From: Octopus vulgaris
Lineage: Eukaryota
Length of the DNA: 64,000 nt
Assembly: GCA_951406725.2 (NCBI GenBank)
Contig: OX597827.1
Span: 5,270,001-5,334,000 of the forward strand
Reading direction: 5' to 3'
The position numbers and the translations under genes were made by a program. Under the pieces are notes generated by a model. That model saw nothing but the letters and a program-made list of their open reading frames with translations. It was not told where the DNA came from and did no database searches. Shown here in pieces: positions 15,019 to 27,035 of the stretch; the first letter of the stretch is position 1; every line of letters starts with the position of its first letter.

Positions 15019-15299
15019 TTATGAGCAAATTGTCTTTGGTATTGCTGGAAGTGGCTTAGCATAAGATGTAAAACTGTTTCTAGTTGGAAGATTCCAAGAC
15101 TGTGGTGTTATATTAGGATTAGTACTATTGACTCTAAAAGACTTCAGATCAATAACATCGTTACTGGTGGTGTTCTGACCAGGACTGTGTTGGTAAGAAC
15201 ATTTAGTTGTACTGTTAGTAAACATTGGTTTATTAAGTGTCTTCTGTGAAGATTTATCATCCATGATCTTGGGCTGGTCTGGGTTGCAAGATTTAAGAG
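15019..15299 (-). CDS. Putative last coding exon of an unidentified host gene (..LKSCNPDQPKIMDDKSSQ...PAIPKTICS*)
   Basis: Strong acceptor ttttcatttttcttttacttctcAG at 15300-15301; about 93 open non-repetitive codons ending in a stop; phase 1 matches the donor of exon 20110-20257; followed by repeat-poor AT-rich DNA resembling a 3' UTR. Confidence 0.6.
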
Positions 15300-16287
15300 C
15301 TGAGAAGTAAAAGAAAAATGAAAAAAAAAAACAATCTCAAAAGAACCTCTTTTTTTTTACTGTCTTTCAATACAATTTCTTTCTCAAGGTAGCAATGCTG
15401 TATTTACTGACTAGTTTAAAGTATAGATCAAAGCTTAATACCAGATTCGGAAATAAATGTATCCTTTCGTACCATACAAGCTATGTTGCTATTGACTTAC
15501 AGTATTCAAAATTTGTGCAAGTACAGCTGTCTGATCAAGAAGTTCACTTTCCTACCCTCTGATTTCGGGTTCAGTCTCACTGCACGGCACCTTGGTCAAG
15601 TGTCTTCTGCTGCAGACCTTGACTGACCAATGTTCCATGAGTGAATTTGGTGGGCTGAAGCAGTGCCAAAGCCTGCCAAAGTCTGTTGTGTGTGTGTGTG
15701 TGTGTGAGCATTGTCCACCATCAACACCACCCCTTGACGAGTGGAGTTGGTTTGTTTAACTCCTCGTAACTTAGTGATTTAACAAAAGAGACTGACAGAA
15801 TAAGTACCTGGCCATGAGTTGAATTGTTTTTACTAAAACTCTCTAAGGTAATGCTCCAGCATGACTGCATTCCAATGACTGAAGCAAGTAAAAATAAATG
15901 ATAAAAGATTGGTATAATGAACAAACCTAAGTGTACAAAATATTTCAAATATAGTTTAGTTGTCATGATCTAATGGTTAGAATGTTAGACTCGTGATCAT
16001 TGGGTTGTGGGTTCAATTTTGGGACTAGGCAGCATGTTTTCCTTGAGCAATGAACTTCATTTGACATTGCTCCAATACACTCAACTGAAAATGATACCAG
16101 TTGCACCTGAGAGTTAACCTGGTAGATCCCATTTACAGGTGAGTAGTCTTTAGCTCTTAGCCTTAGAAGTCCTAATTAAGTCCAGCCTCACGAGCTCGTA
16201 GGCTTCAAGTAGCCTTTTTAGACTCAAATGTCTTAGATTTTAGAGAGAAACATTTAGCTTTGCTTTTCTCTTCACTGTTAAGTTCTT

Positions 16288-16516
16288 TCTTTACTCTTTA
16301 CTCTTTTACTTGTTTCAGTCATTTGACTGTGGCCATGCTGGAGCACTGCCTTTACCAAGCAAATCGATCCCAGGACTTATTCTTTGGAAGCCTAGTACTT
16401 ATTCTATCAGTCTCTTTTGCTGAACCGTTAACTTACGGGGATGTAAATACACCACCATCGGTTGTCAAGCAATGTTGGAAAGACAAACACAGACACACAA
16501 ATACATACATATATGT

Positions 16517-16576
<60 letters not shown>

Positions 16577-16753
16577 ACATATATATACATATATACGACA
16601 GGCTTATTTCAGTTTCCATCTGCCAAATCCACTCACAAGGCTTTGGTCAGCCCGAGGCTATAGTAGAAGACACTTGCCCAAGGTGCCACACAGTGGGAAT
16701 GAACCCGGAACCATGTGGTTGGTAAGCAAGCTACTTACCACACAGCCACTCCT
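16288..16753 (-). mobile_element. SINE family A copy
   Basis: Colinear with 2881-3344. Confidence 0.9.
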
Positions 16754-17210
16754 GTTAAAATTTATATGAAGTTATATTTAAATTTGCAAATTCTGAAATA
16801 AATATCTTAGTTAAGGATAAATTTTCATTGACTAAGTATTTCAATCCATATAAAAAGCACATATATCATAATAGAATAAAGTTACCGAAATACAAATGTA
16901 AGATACATTTAAGCATCCAAAACTTGCTCGTAAGATAAGGAAGATACAACATGTAGATGTACAAATTGAAATTGAACACATTAAAAAAATAATCAAGTCA
17001 GGTGCTAGTTGATTACTCAACAAGCACTTATTTGATTGATACCAAAAGGATGAAAGGCAAAGTCAACCTCAGTGGAATTTAAACTGAAATATAGTGTGAA
17101 AAGAAATACTGCTAAGCAGAGCAACGATTCTGCCACAGCACCACCACCTTAATAATAATAATGATCATAATAATAATAATGATGATGATGATGATGATGG
17201 TAATGATAAT

Positions 17211-17271
<61 letters not shown>

Positions 17272-18994
17272 TCACTGATGCAATACCAGACAGTGGCTCT
17301 CATGGCTTCTAATTTTAACTGATTGGAAGTGTTTTTGTGTACATTGTTTTGTCTTCGTATAAAAGATGAACTACAGCAAATAGTCTGCTCAATACCACAG
17401 ATTTGCTTGTCAGTTGTTTGACCATAACCGGTTGAGCATGTCCCTTAGTGGCTGATGATATTTGCATCTCTGATCACGAGCAGAAGTAGTGGGGGAGCAT
17501 CATAGCCATGTGTTGAGAGGAATTCTTTGGAAACATGGGTGTTTTGTTTAACATATTTTTGGCCCAAGGCCAGTAGGTTTTGTGGGGGGGGGGGTAAGTT
17601 GAAAATATAGCAATCCCAGGACTAAATTGCTACTTAATTTATCGACCCCAAAAGGATGAAAGGCAAAATTGACCTCAGTGGAATTGGAAGTCAGAACACA
17701 ACGATGGGTGAAATGCTGCTAAAAATTTTGCCTGGATGATGATGATTTCTTTTAGATAATAATAATTATGAATGTGGATCCAGATGTTTGGCCAACTGAA
17801 TACTTGCTCACCAAATTAGCATGTAAGTGATTGAGCATTCCAATATATATGTGTGTTATCAATGTAATCCTCAAGGAGAATCAGCATGACAAAGTGTGAG
17901 AGACAAGGTTGTATCTTTCTTTGAATTACGGGTAAAATCCATCAAATAGGCTTCTGTATAGTTTCCATCTACCCTGTTTTACTGAAAAGGCTTGAGTTGA
18001 CAAGAAGTAGTGGTAAAATTCATTTGCCACATACTGTAATTGACCCAGAGACCTCATGGTTGCATTCAGAATGCGACAATAAATGGATATTAAATGGACA
18101 AACTATATAATTCTATATAATTCTCAGTCACCTTCAAAAGGAAGTAATGCATATAAATTATGAATGATAAATAAACGCTATTAATACAAAAAAAAAAAAG
18201 AATTATATAAACCTTATATTTTGTGAATGAATTTCCTAGTTTGATTTTACAAATAATAGTAGAAATTTGATTTGTAGTCTTCTCAGAAAATATGCTAGAT
18301 TTGGTGTGAGTATTTCACCTTTGGGGTTTCTTCATTTTATATTCTGGCTTCAACATAAAACCTGTGTTTGTTCTGTTTCCTCTATGCATTTTAAACATTT
18401 TCTGAAGTTCTAGCGTAGTTGCAAATTTTTCTATTCACTGAATCAGCTTTAGTACTGTGCTGGTAAGCTATGCTTCAGCTACAAACACTTAAAAAAATAA
18501 TTTATGTAATTAAAAGCAGACACCCCTTTAATTTCTTTTTTCATTATGTATGTTGGTCTTAAAGCAAGTCTTTTATTTCCTCTAATAATGATAATCATCT
18601 AAGTAATTCTAAATATGGTAAAATCGAATTGCTGTGAAGTTCAACATATTCAGAAATTAACAAGTCCTCTTGGGTTTCATAGATCGTTAAAGTAATTTCA
18701 TTATGTATATTTCTTTGCCTGATCCTTTTAGTCTTACAGAGATTAATTTAATTTTGCTTTTAATTAAACTCATTTCTCCAATCACACAATAAATCATCTT
18801 TCTTTTATTTACTAAAGTTATTTTAATCCAGGCAGGAAGGTAAAGGAAGCAGTAACATCTTGCTCAATTATTCGTTGTTGGACTACAAGCTGTTCTCCAG
18901 TAAATATATCGAACACACACTGATTTCACAATTGTATGAAGGTAGAGGAGATTTATGGACACATTACTCCCATTTATTGTTGCTTAATGTAGGG

Positions 18995-19316
18995 TAATCT
19001 CTCGTGGAAGCGCCATCCAACCAAAATGCAAATATATGGGAAACTACCACCTGTGTCATCTCTTGTGAAAGGTAGAAGAGTCCAGTTTGCTGGACATTGT
19101 TGTAGAGCTGAAAAAGAAGTAATTTCTATTCTTCTCCTCTGAAAGCCATCTACTCGCAATACCAGAGGGCGCACACTCTCCTACCCTGATGTAATCTCCA
19201 GGGATACAGGCATCCAGCAACAGAACCTCCGTAATGCCATGATGGACCGTGAAGTCTGGCGTAGCATGGTAAACTCCATTGTCTCGACCACGGTCGAACA
19301 ATGATGATGATGATGA
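18995..19316 (+). mobile_element. RTE/RTE-X-like LINE 3' end (decayed)
   Basis: Translates NLSWKRHPTKMQIYGKLPPVSSLVKGRRVQFAGHCCRAEKE..*..RGRTLSYPDVISRDTG..AMMDREVWR, typical of the RTE ORF C-terminus; (GAT)n tail. Confidence 0.8.
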
Positions 19317-19604
19317 GGTTTTACTGCCCTCTTCTCTTGAGCTGCACACCAGGCCATACTGGAGGCTCTGTTTTGGAAACTTAAGCACCTATTAGGGAAT
19401 AAAGACCACACAACTACATTGATAGCTAAATGAAGATAGAGATTACTGGCATAATGAGGTGAAACCAGGGATGAATTAACAATATTATAGGCTCTCAGGC
19501 ATAGCAATGCTCAGGGACCCCTATATGCACCACCACAGTATACACTAACAATAGGTCACTTGATCTGTGAGGCCTATAGTCAACAGTCCAGTGTGCCCAT
19601 ACAT

Positions 19605-19829
19605 CAACCTTTTAACATTTAAACTGACCACTTCTGGCTCAAATATTCTACCTGTTTAATGTTCATACTTGCCAGATACAACCTCTCACACTTACCTTAC
19701 AATGTCATTCTAAATATAAACAATCACCTCAGGTAAAGCTTGAAGCCATGAGATAATGTTTAATTAATTCAAAATAATGTGAATAAATAAATATTACATT
19801 TGACAGTAATCTAAATGGTAAAGGATTAA
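19605..19829. mobile_element. Decayed piggyBac-type MITE, same family as 4012-4240
   Basis: Colinear internal sequence (catttaaact..ctctcacac..acaat..gagataatg); degenerate ends. Confidence 0.65.
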
Positions 19830-20109
19830 GATTGAAGTGGATGAAATACATTTTGGTTGTGGCTTCTTAAAGAAGACGAGGTCATTATGATAAACAAAAG
19901 TGCTTTAGTACTGGTTGAGTGCTAACCTCAGTTGTTTTTCAGAAGAAGTTATTTCTGATGAGAACAGTGGTGTCGTCTAATAGAGTTTTACTTCTCATCT
20001 GTTTAGCACTTGTGAAACAAGATAAAAACACATCCTACAAACCCCAGTTTTCAGAAATGTTAGCTCAAATTCACATCAGCTATTAATGAAAATGACACAT
20101 TGTCCATAC

Positions 20110-20257
20110 CTGCTAAAGTTTCATAATGTACTGTATTTTCTTCATTCCAGCCAGTCCCACTTTCAGCATTTGAAAGTGTTGGTATTTCATTAAAGTGGTC
20201 ATGAACCATCAACATATGTTCTTCTTCTTTATTCACACCAGATGTCACTGTTGCTTC
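20110..20257 (-). CDS. Putative internal coding exon (EATVTSGVNKEEEHMLMVHDHFNEIPTLSNAESGTGWNEENTVHYETLA)
   Basis: Acceptor tctttAG at 20258-20259, donor cag|GTATGG at 20108-20109; 148 nt (phase 0 to 1) joins in frame to exon 15299-15019. Confidence 0.6.
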
Positions 20258-20986
20258 CTAAAGACTCATGGTCATACAAAGTAAAAATTAGACAAGAATT
20301 AACTAATATGATATAGTAATTAGTAAAGTTATGAAGCAATATATCGAGGAAAATAAGCTTGTTTATATTTTAATATCATCATTTTGTTTTTTTAATTATA
20401 AAATATTAAGATTTATTCTGGAAAAAAGAAAAAAAATGTAAAATAAAGTATTTTGTAATTACATGAATATTTTCATAAAATCAAGTTTTTGTCTTAGTTT
20501 GCTTCACAGAATTTTTCAACCCACAAAGTCTGATCATTCCAGTTAGCACAACATGCATGTCATTAATTTTGAAAGAGTATATTTATGATGTTGTACGACG
20601 TATAAAATATGCAGAACATTGGTGGCAGTGGGAGTAGGTAGTAAATATGCAAATAAATGAGTAAATAAATATATCAATGCAATTAAATAACTTGAAAATT
20701 AACTTTTGTAAACAACTAATTAGAACTTATCCTCCTTCTCGTGTACACATGACTGTGCCATGCTGTTTTCAAGACTTGTTTGTGTGTCTGTTTACCATTC
20801 CTTTTATCCTCTTTCTAAAAACTCATCTTTATTAATGTTCTGCCTTATGGGACCAGCTTTGTGCATCTGATTTCTCTATTGTGTTGTTTAGTTCTGTGAA
20901 GCATTTTCCTTTTACTTATTACTCTCCCGTCTATCTCTTTCTCTTGCTCTTGTTCTTTCTCACTTATCACATACACACACACAACA

Positions 20987-21034
<48 letters not shown>

Positions 21035-21522
21035 CGCTCACACGTATATGCAAATAAATTCATGTAAGATTTTCTTGCACATTTCAAGGTATTCCCCAAG
21101 GTCCTTCTTTAAACATGAGTATTTTAGTTACAGCCATCATCAGAATGTCTTCTCACAGGGCATACATAATCCTATTTTTCTGTCAAACAACAATTATTGT
21201 AATTATTTCATTGTTTATACATTTTTAGTTTACTTCCATTTTTTTTTTTATATAAATTTTATTTTGTTATATATCTTTAGATCTATCTACATTTCAAAGT
21301 GTTCTAGCTAACCTTGGTCTAGTGTTTACTCAACTAGCCCCCTTGTTAAATGAAGAAGATAGATGTTCAATTCTGTTCTGTTCAGCTATTCTATATGCAT
21401 GATATTCTTGTACTACGATCATGTACAAATAAATAAATAAATAAAAATAAAAATAAAAATAAAAATAATGGGAAAAAAAAATAAATAGAAGAATTTCCAT
21501 TAAATTTCATGTAGTAAATTAC

Positions 21523-21621
21523 ATTCTTGAACACATGACTGAAGAATTGTCTGCTATTTGTATTTCTGTATATCTTTCGTAGACTAACACTCAAACTGCA
21601 GAACAGCCGAACATTTAGTTT
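21523..21621 (-). CDS. Possible symmetric 99-nt exon (KLNVRLFCSLSVSLRKIYRNTNSRQFFSHVFKN)
   Basis: Acceptor ttctctgcttttatAG, donor aat|GTAATT, phase 0-0 compatible with the next exon; no recognisable homology. Confidence 0.35.
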
Positions 21622-22241
21622 CTATAAAAGCAGAGAATTGGAGTGGGCTTTCATGGAAATTATTTTTTAAAATTAAAAAAAAACAACAAAAAGTGAAATA
21701 AAAAAATACATAAACTACTAAATATCATTATTCTATGCAACCACAGATATCTTAGCCTGAATGACGAGGAAGTATATGATGTATCCTCTTATTTCTTTCT
21801 TGAGAATACATGCAGAGAGAGAATAAAAGAAAGATTAAACAAAATATCTTTGGAGATTTCTGGCAGTCAATATATATTACTAACTTGAAAAAAAAAAAAA
21901 AAAAAAGGAAAAAAACTATTAATGTTTGAAAGAAAAGCAGAGATGACTCTTCTGGTTTACAGTAACTATATAACTATCACATTGATATTTAAGACTGAAC
22001 TGCACGTTGTAAAAGATATGTTAGATATATGTTCACTACTCAGCAAAATTTCTTGAAATATTTTATTGTTTGTCTTTGATTCAATATTTTTTTTTATTGT
22101 CCAGTGACAATGGTATGTCTTAAAATTCTAAAACGGGTGATCAAAAGACTATAAGGAGCTGTAAAGTCTGCAAGAAATAACAATCAAATCCCTCGCAGAT
22201 TACTCCCACCATAATCAGGATTGATTCGTTGGATAACGTAA

Positions 22242-22626
22242 TCTTTATATATAAAAGTGAGGTTGTGTGCTGTCTGTCTCCTACGATTTAGATTCCTAAC
22301 TACTCCCACATTTTGCGGTGCAGTTTAACCAAAACCGGGTATCTTATAGTCGTGATTCATATTGAGCCCTTCTGGGTATTAGAGCGCGTCTACGATTTAA
22401 AAAAAATTTACCATCAATTTTTCCCATTTTTAATGCATTTTTGGCATATATAAGGGAAGTAACTCTCTAAAAATTTATTATTAAATCTCAGAACGTAAAA
22501 AGCTACAGTAACACCCCCCCCTTTGTGGTTAGCCATATTGAGATGGCTATTATACTTTACATCGCTAAAAATGCTTATATAGTTATTTCCCTTACAAACC
22601 CGAGCAACGCCGGGTGATACTGCTAG
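22242..22626 (+). mobile_element. Non-autonomous Helitron
   Basis: 5' TC, 3' CTAG, subterminal hairpin cccgagcaacgccggg, inserted between A and T with no TSD; second copy at 50029-50419. Confidence 0.85.
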
Positions 22627-23156
22627 TCTTAAATATACTGAAAATAAAACCAGATGGTCATAACTGGAACCTTAATTATATGTCACCTTGATCAGAATAG
22701 ACCTAGTTGGATAAACAATGACAAGTAAATTGATTACAAGGATCTGTCTTGGCTATATGGTTGTTGAGTTTGCTTTGTTACCATCTAGTGTCAATTTTTA
22801 TTTCACTGAGACATAGAAGACTCCTTAGGCAAGTGTCTTCTACGTAGCCTTGGGCTGACTGATGCCTTGTGAGTGAAACTGATAGACTGTAAATATAAGC
22901 ATGTCAAATTTATGTACATGTGCATATGTCTGTTTGTATGTATGGATCTATGTACGTTTTTGTGGATATGTATGTATGATGTGTGTGTACATGTTTTTCT
23001 CTGGGATTCTTAAGAGAAGGCAAGCTTGTAACTAACAAAGTAACAAGACTTTTTGAGTTAAGAGATTTCCTGGTGTTTGGAAATAGGTGGTTGAGTTGGT
23101 ATGTTGATTAAATTGTCAATGCAACCAAGTGTGTACAGCTATTCATATAAAGAATC

Positions 23157-24120
23157 TCAGCGGGAGAAACTTTGGAATGTCATACAAATTTTTACTGTGC
23201 CACTAATAGATTGCATTTGAAGACTGAATATCAATTTCTTTTGCTCTTTCTTCAAAAAAAAAAAAAAACTTAGTCTTTCTAGTTTTTTTTGTGGAAATCT
23301 GTAGATATGCCTACTCCAATGCACCTCTGATGATTGATACAAAAGAAAATTCATAGTCAGGGTACAAAAGCTGTGAGTTCCACATTAGCTGACTATAAAT
23401 GTTCTCTTTTTTTTTCCCTTGGATTTCGATGATACATTTATATTATTTGGGCAGCTGATCCCTACAGCAGTGAATCATTTTTGTTCCCTATCCCACAGAA
23501 CAGTATCAGGCGTGCAGTGTTGACACCAGATTGCTTTTTTATTGGAGTATTCCATCAGTATTCCTTGTTTTTAAAGGTATAAATACATTCTGATTCCGGC
23601 ATGTCTTTAATGTGTCCGTCAATGCAATCCTTCCTACAGATAGCATTGTAAATGGTTTTTACAACTACGTCATGTCTCAAGTGTAGGTTGTATATCTGGA
23701 GCAACTGCTGCTGATGTGGCTAATATCCTCCACACTGGTAGAGTATAGCAGTCACTTTGTGTCACAATGTTAAGATTCGGTAGTATCTTTGTTACTCTTG
23801 TTTATCAAGTATCTAGTAGCTATCCCCTGTTCCTGGATAGCAAAGGCATATCCTTCAAGGTAGGATATAATGTATCTATTGCAAATTCAGGAGAGGCTAC
23901 TCTTCCTGTCAACGTTGTTGTTATCCTCTAGCTCAGTGGATATGTTCCAATGCATTACTTTTACCTGGTATGATGCACGTGTCTCTTCTAAGCCTCTGTT
24001 TAGGTAGGCCAGTCCAGCCTCCCTTACTCTGAAGATGTTCTTACTTTCACTTTTGAGTATGCATATAATGTACTCATTTCTTTCTTTACTGTTCAGCAGA
24101 TGTTGTCTGTGTGATACAAT
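23157..24120 (-). pseudogene. Decayed RLE-type (R4/Dong-like) non-LTR retrotransposon, C-terminal region
   Basis: Minus-strand translation with stops and frameshifts: EGYAFAIQEQGIATRYL..VEDISHISSSC..LRHDVVVKTIYN..PDTVLWDREQK..ISCP..LLYPDYEFSFVSIIRGAL, matching the zinc-knuckle, RHD and PD-(D/E)xK endonuclease layout. Confidence 0.75.
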
Positions 24121-25026
24121 GTGACATTCAAACTTTATTTGTATGTATGTATGTGTATATATGCATGCATATATGTGTATGTATATATGCATACATGTAT
24201 GTTTGCATGTACATATGTATGTATTATTGTGTGTAAATATATGTATGTGTGTGTGTGTTAAGGTGTGTTTACTGTATATATGTGTGCATATTAGTTTAGA
24301 TTCCATCTCCTTGCATGAAAAATGTTAAGCAAAAAGAAAAAAAAAAGAAATGAAAATGATGATTTGTTGACATTCCTTGTTAACAAACCATTCCATAGCT
24401 GTGACCTTTTGAAGACATGTAGAATCGGAAAAAATTCCATTACTTGAAAAAGAGATAAGAGTTAGCAATGTGAAGAGCATCCAACTGTAAAACAATGCCT
24501 CAGTACATATTCATCCAACCCATGCTAGCATGGAAGATAGGCATAGAATAAATTCTTTTATTCTTTTACTTGCTGCAGTCAGATGACTGCAGCCATGCTG
24601 GAGCACTGCCTTTAGTCGGGCAAATTGGCCCCAGGACTTATTCTTTGTAAGCCTTATTCAACTTCAGGGGAGGGATAAGTCGATTACATCGACCACGGTA
24701 GTTCTTTTATTGACCTTGAAAGAATGAAAGGCAAAGTCAACCTCGGCAGAATTTGAACTCAGAACGTAAAGACAACAAAATGATGCTAAATATTTTGCCT
24801 GCTTTCCCTAATGATTCTGCCAGCTTGCCATGCATGCATGCACACACACACACACTCAGAGATAGATAGATCTATAGATATGTATTCTGGAGTGTGTTTA
24901 TATTCCTGAAGTTGCATGACATGTTGTGAGTGGCAGAGAGGGCCTGCAGTATTAAAAAAATACATTAATAATATGGATACATCAAACTTGTTTTAGCATG
25001 GAACAAAATGGATGTAAAAATGAATA

Positions 25027-25179
25027 GGCCTAGTGGTTAGGGCAGCGGACTCGCGGTCGCAGGATCGCGGTTTCGATTCTCAGACCGGGCGTTGTGTGTG
25101 TTTATTGAGCGAAAACACCTAAAAGCTCTACGAGGCTCCGGCAGGGGGTGGTGATCCCTGCTGTACTCTTTCACCACAA
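25027..25179 (+). mobile_element. SINE family B 5' half
   Basis: ggcctagtggttagggcagcggactcgcgg..gtttcgattc..ctctttcaccacaa; matches the head of 61349-61734. Confidence 0.85.
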
Positions 25180-25242
25180 TGGCGGTGCCCCAGCATGGCC
25201 ACAGCTCAAGAGCTGAAACTGGAAAAACAAAACAAAACAAAA
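25179..25242 (+). mobile_element. Very short 3' end of the CR1-like LINE
   Basis: atggcggtgccccagcatggccacagctcaagagctgaaactgg(aaaac)n matches LINE tail 58090-58151. Confidence 0.8.
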
Positions 25243-25251
25243 TATGTGTAC

Positions 25252-25292
<41 letters not shown>

Positions 25293-25346
25293 TACATACA
25301 TGTATGTATGATATGTATTCAACAGATAATAATTGTATATATATGC

Positions 25347-25742
25347 TGGCTATGTGGTAAGTAGCTTGCTAACCAACCACATGGTTGCAGGTTCAGTCCC
25401 ACTGTGTGGCATCTTGGGCAAGTGTCTTCTGCTATAGCCCCAGGCCAACCAATGCCTTGTGAGTGGATTTGGTAGACAGAAACTGAAAGAAGCCTGTCGT
25501 ATATATGTATATATATATATGTATATGTCTGTGTGTGTTTGTGTGTCTGTGTTTGTCCCCCTAGCATTGCTTGACAATTGATGCTGGTGTGTTTACGTCC
25601 CCGTCACTTAGCGGTTCGGCAAAAGAGACCGATAGAATAAGCACTGGGCTTACAAACATTAAGTCCCGGGGTTGAGTTGCTCGACTAAAGGCGGTGCTCC
25701 AGCATGGCCGCAGTCAAATGACTGAAACAAAGAAAAGAGTAA

Positions 25743-25744
<2 letters not shown>
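25347..25744 (+). mobile_element. SINE family A copy (plus strand)
   Basis: Reverse complement of 2881-3344. Confidence 0.9.
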
Positions 25745-25778
<34 letters not shown>

Positions 25779-25845
25779 TCATCATCATCATCATCGTTTA
25801 ACATACGTACATACATATATATATATGTATATAAATATATATTAT

Positions 25846-26180
25846 TTTATTCTGTTATTTGTTTCAATCATTTGACTGTGGCCATGCTGGAGCATTGCCT
25901 TTAGTCAAGCAAATAGACTCCAGGACTTATTCTTTGTAAGCCTAGTACTTATTCTATCAGTCTCTTTCACTGAACTGCTAAGTTGCGGGGACGTAAACAC
26001 ACCAACATTGGTTGTCAAACGATGATGGGGGAACAAACACAGACACACAAACATATAGACATACACACCTATATGTACACACACACACACACACATATAT
26101 ATACAATGGGCTTCTTTCAGTTTCCGTCTGCTAAATCCACTCACAAGGCTTTGGTCAGCCCGAGGCTATAGTAGAAGACA
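25846..26180 (-). mobile_element. SINE family A copy, 5'-truncated or decayed
   Basis: Colinear with family A; tail-to-tail with the previous copy. Confidence 0.85.
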
Positions 26181-26846
26181 GGTGCTGATACAATGCAATG
26201 TGATTGAATCTTGAAGCAAACATCTTAGCCAAACAGCCAAGCTTAAGCCATTTTTATACTACTGTGTTTGTGATTTATATCACCTTTCCATACATTGAGT
26301 AGATCTTTGATTCACTGGTGATTCAAATCTCCCCAATCTTTCTGACTATTTAACAAATTATTTTGAGAAATATATATAAAAGTTAAATCTCTCTACCAGG
26401 AGAATGATATATAATAAAATACTTCTCAATGCAAACAGGACAGGATATATCTTATTTCAACTATTCTCAGAGACAAATTCTTTATTGCTTCATGTTGAAA
26501 ATTTATGGAAGAAAGCTCCACATAATTATATTCAATATCTTAGAAATGGACCTGAACTGCAATACATATGTCTCTTATTTGTTATCAAATAGCATTGAAG
26601 TATAAAAGATTTTTTTTCTATCTCTTACAACTCAAGTATTATGTGACAGAGAGTATACTAGCTTCTGTAAATTATGCATTATCATTCACATATTTCACAA
26701 TTCAACATATAGGGGTATATATTTAAATGTGTGTGTGTATGTATATATAGGGAGAGAGATGCCTGTATATGCGTACATATATATATAAACACATGCACAC
26801 ATGAGTACGAATATAAACACACACATACTCATATACATATATATAC

Positions 26847-26876
26847 ATGCATATACAGTGAGAGAGATAGGCATAT

Positions 26877-26912
<36 letters not shown>

Positions 26913-26984
26913 GTTTAACGTCCGTTCTACGATGATGATGATGATGATGATGATGATATATATGCCTATCTCTCTCACTGTATA

Positions 26985-26989
<5 letters not shown>
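26847..26989. repeat. Fold-back inverted duplication centred on an RTE tail remnant
   Basis: atgcatatacagtgagagagataggcatata(tca)n ... (tga)n tatatatgcctatctctctcactgtatatgcat. Confidence 0.9.
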
Positions 26990-27035
<46 letters not shown>

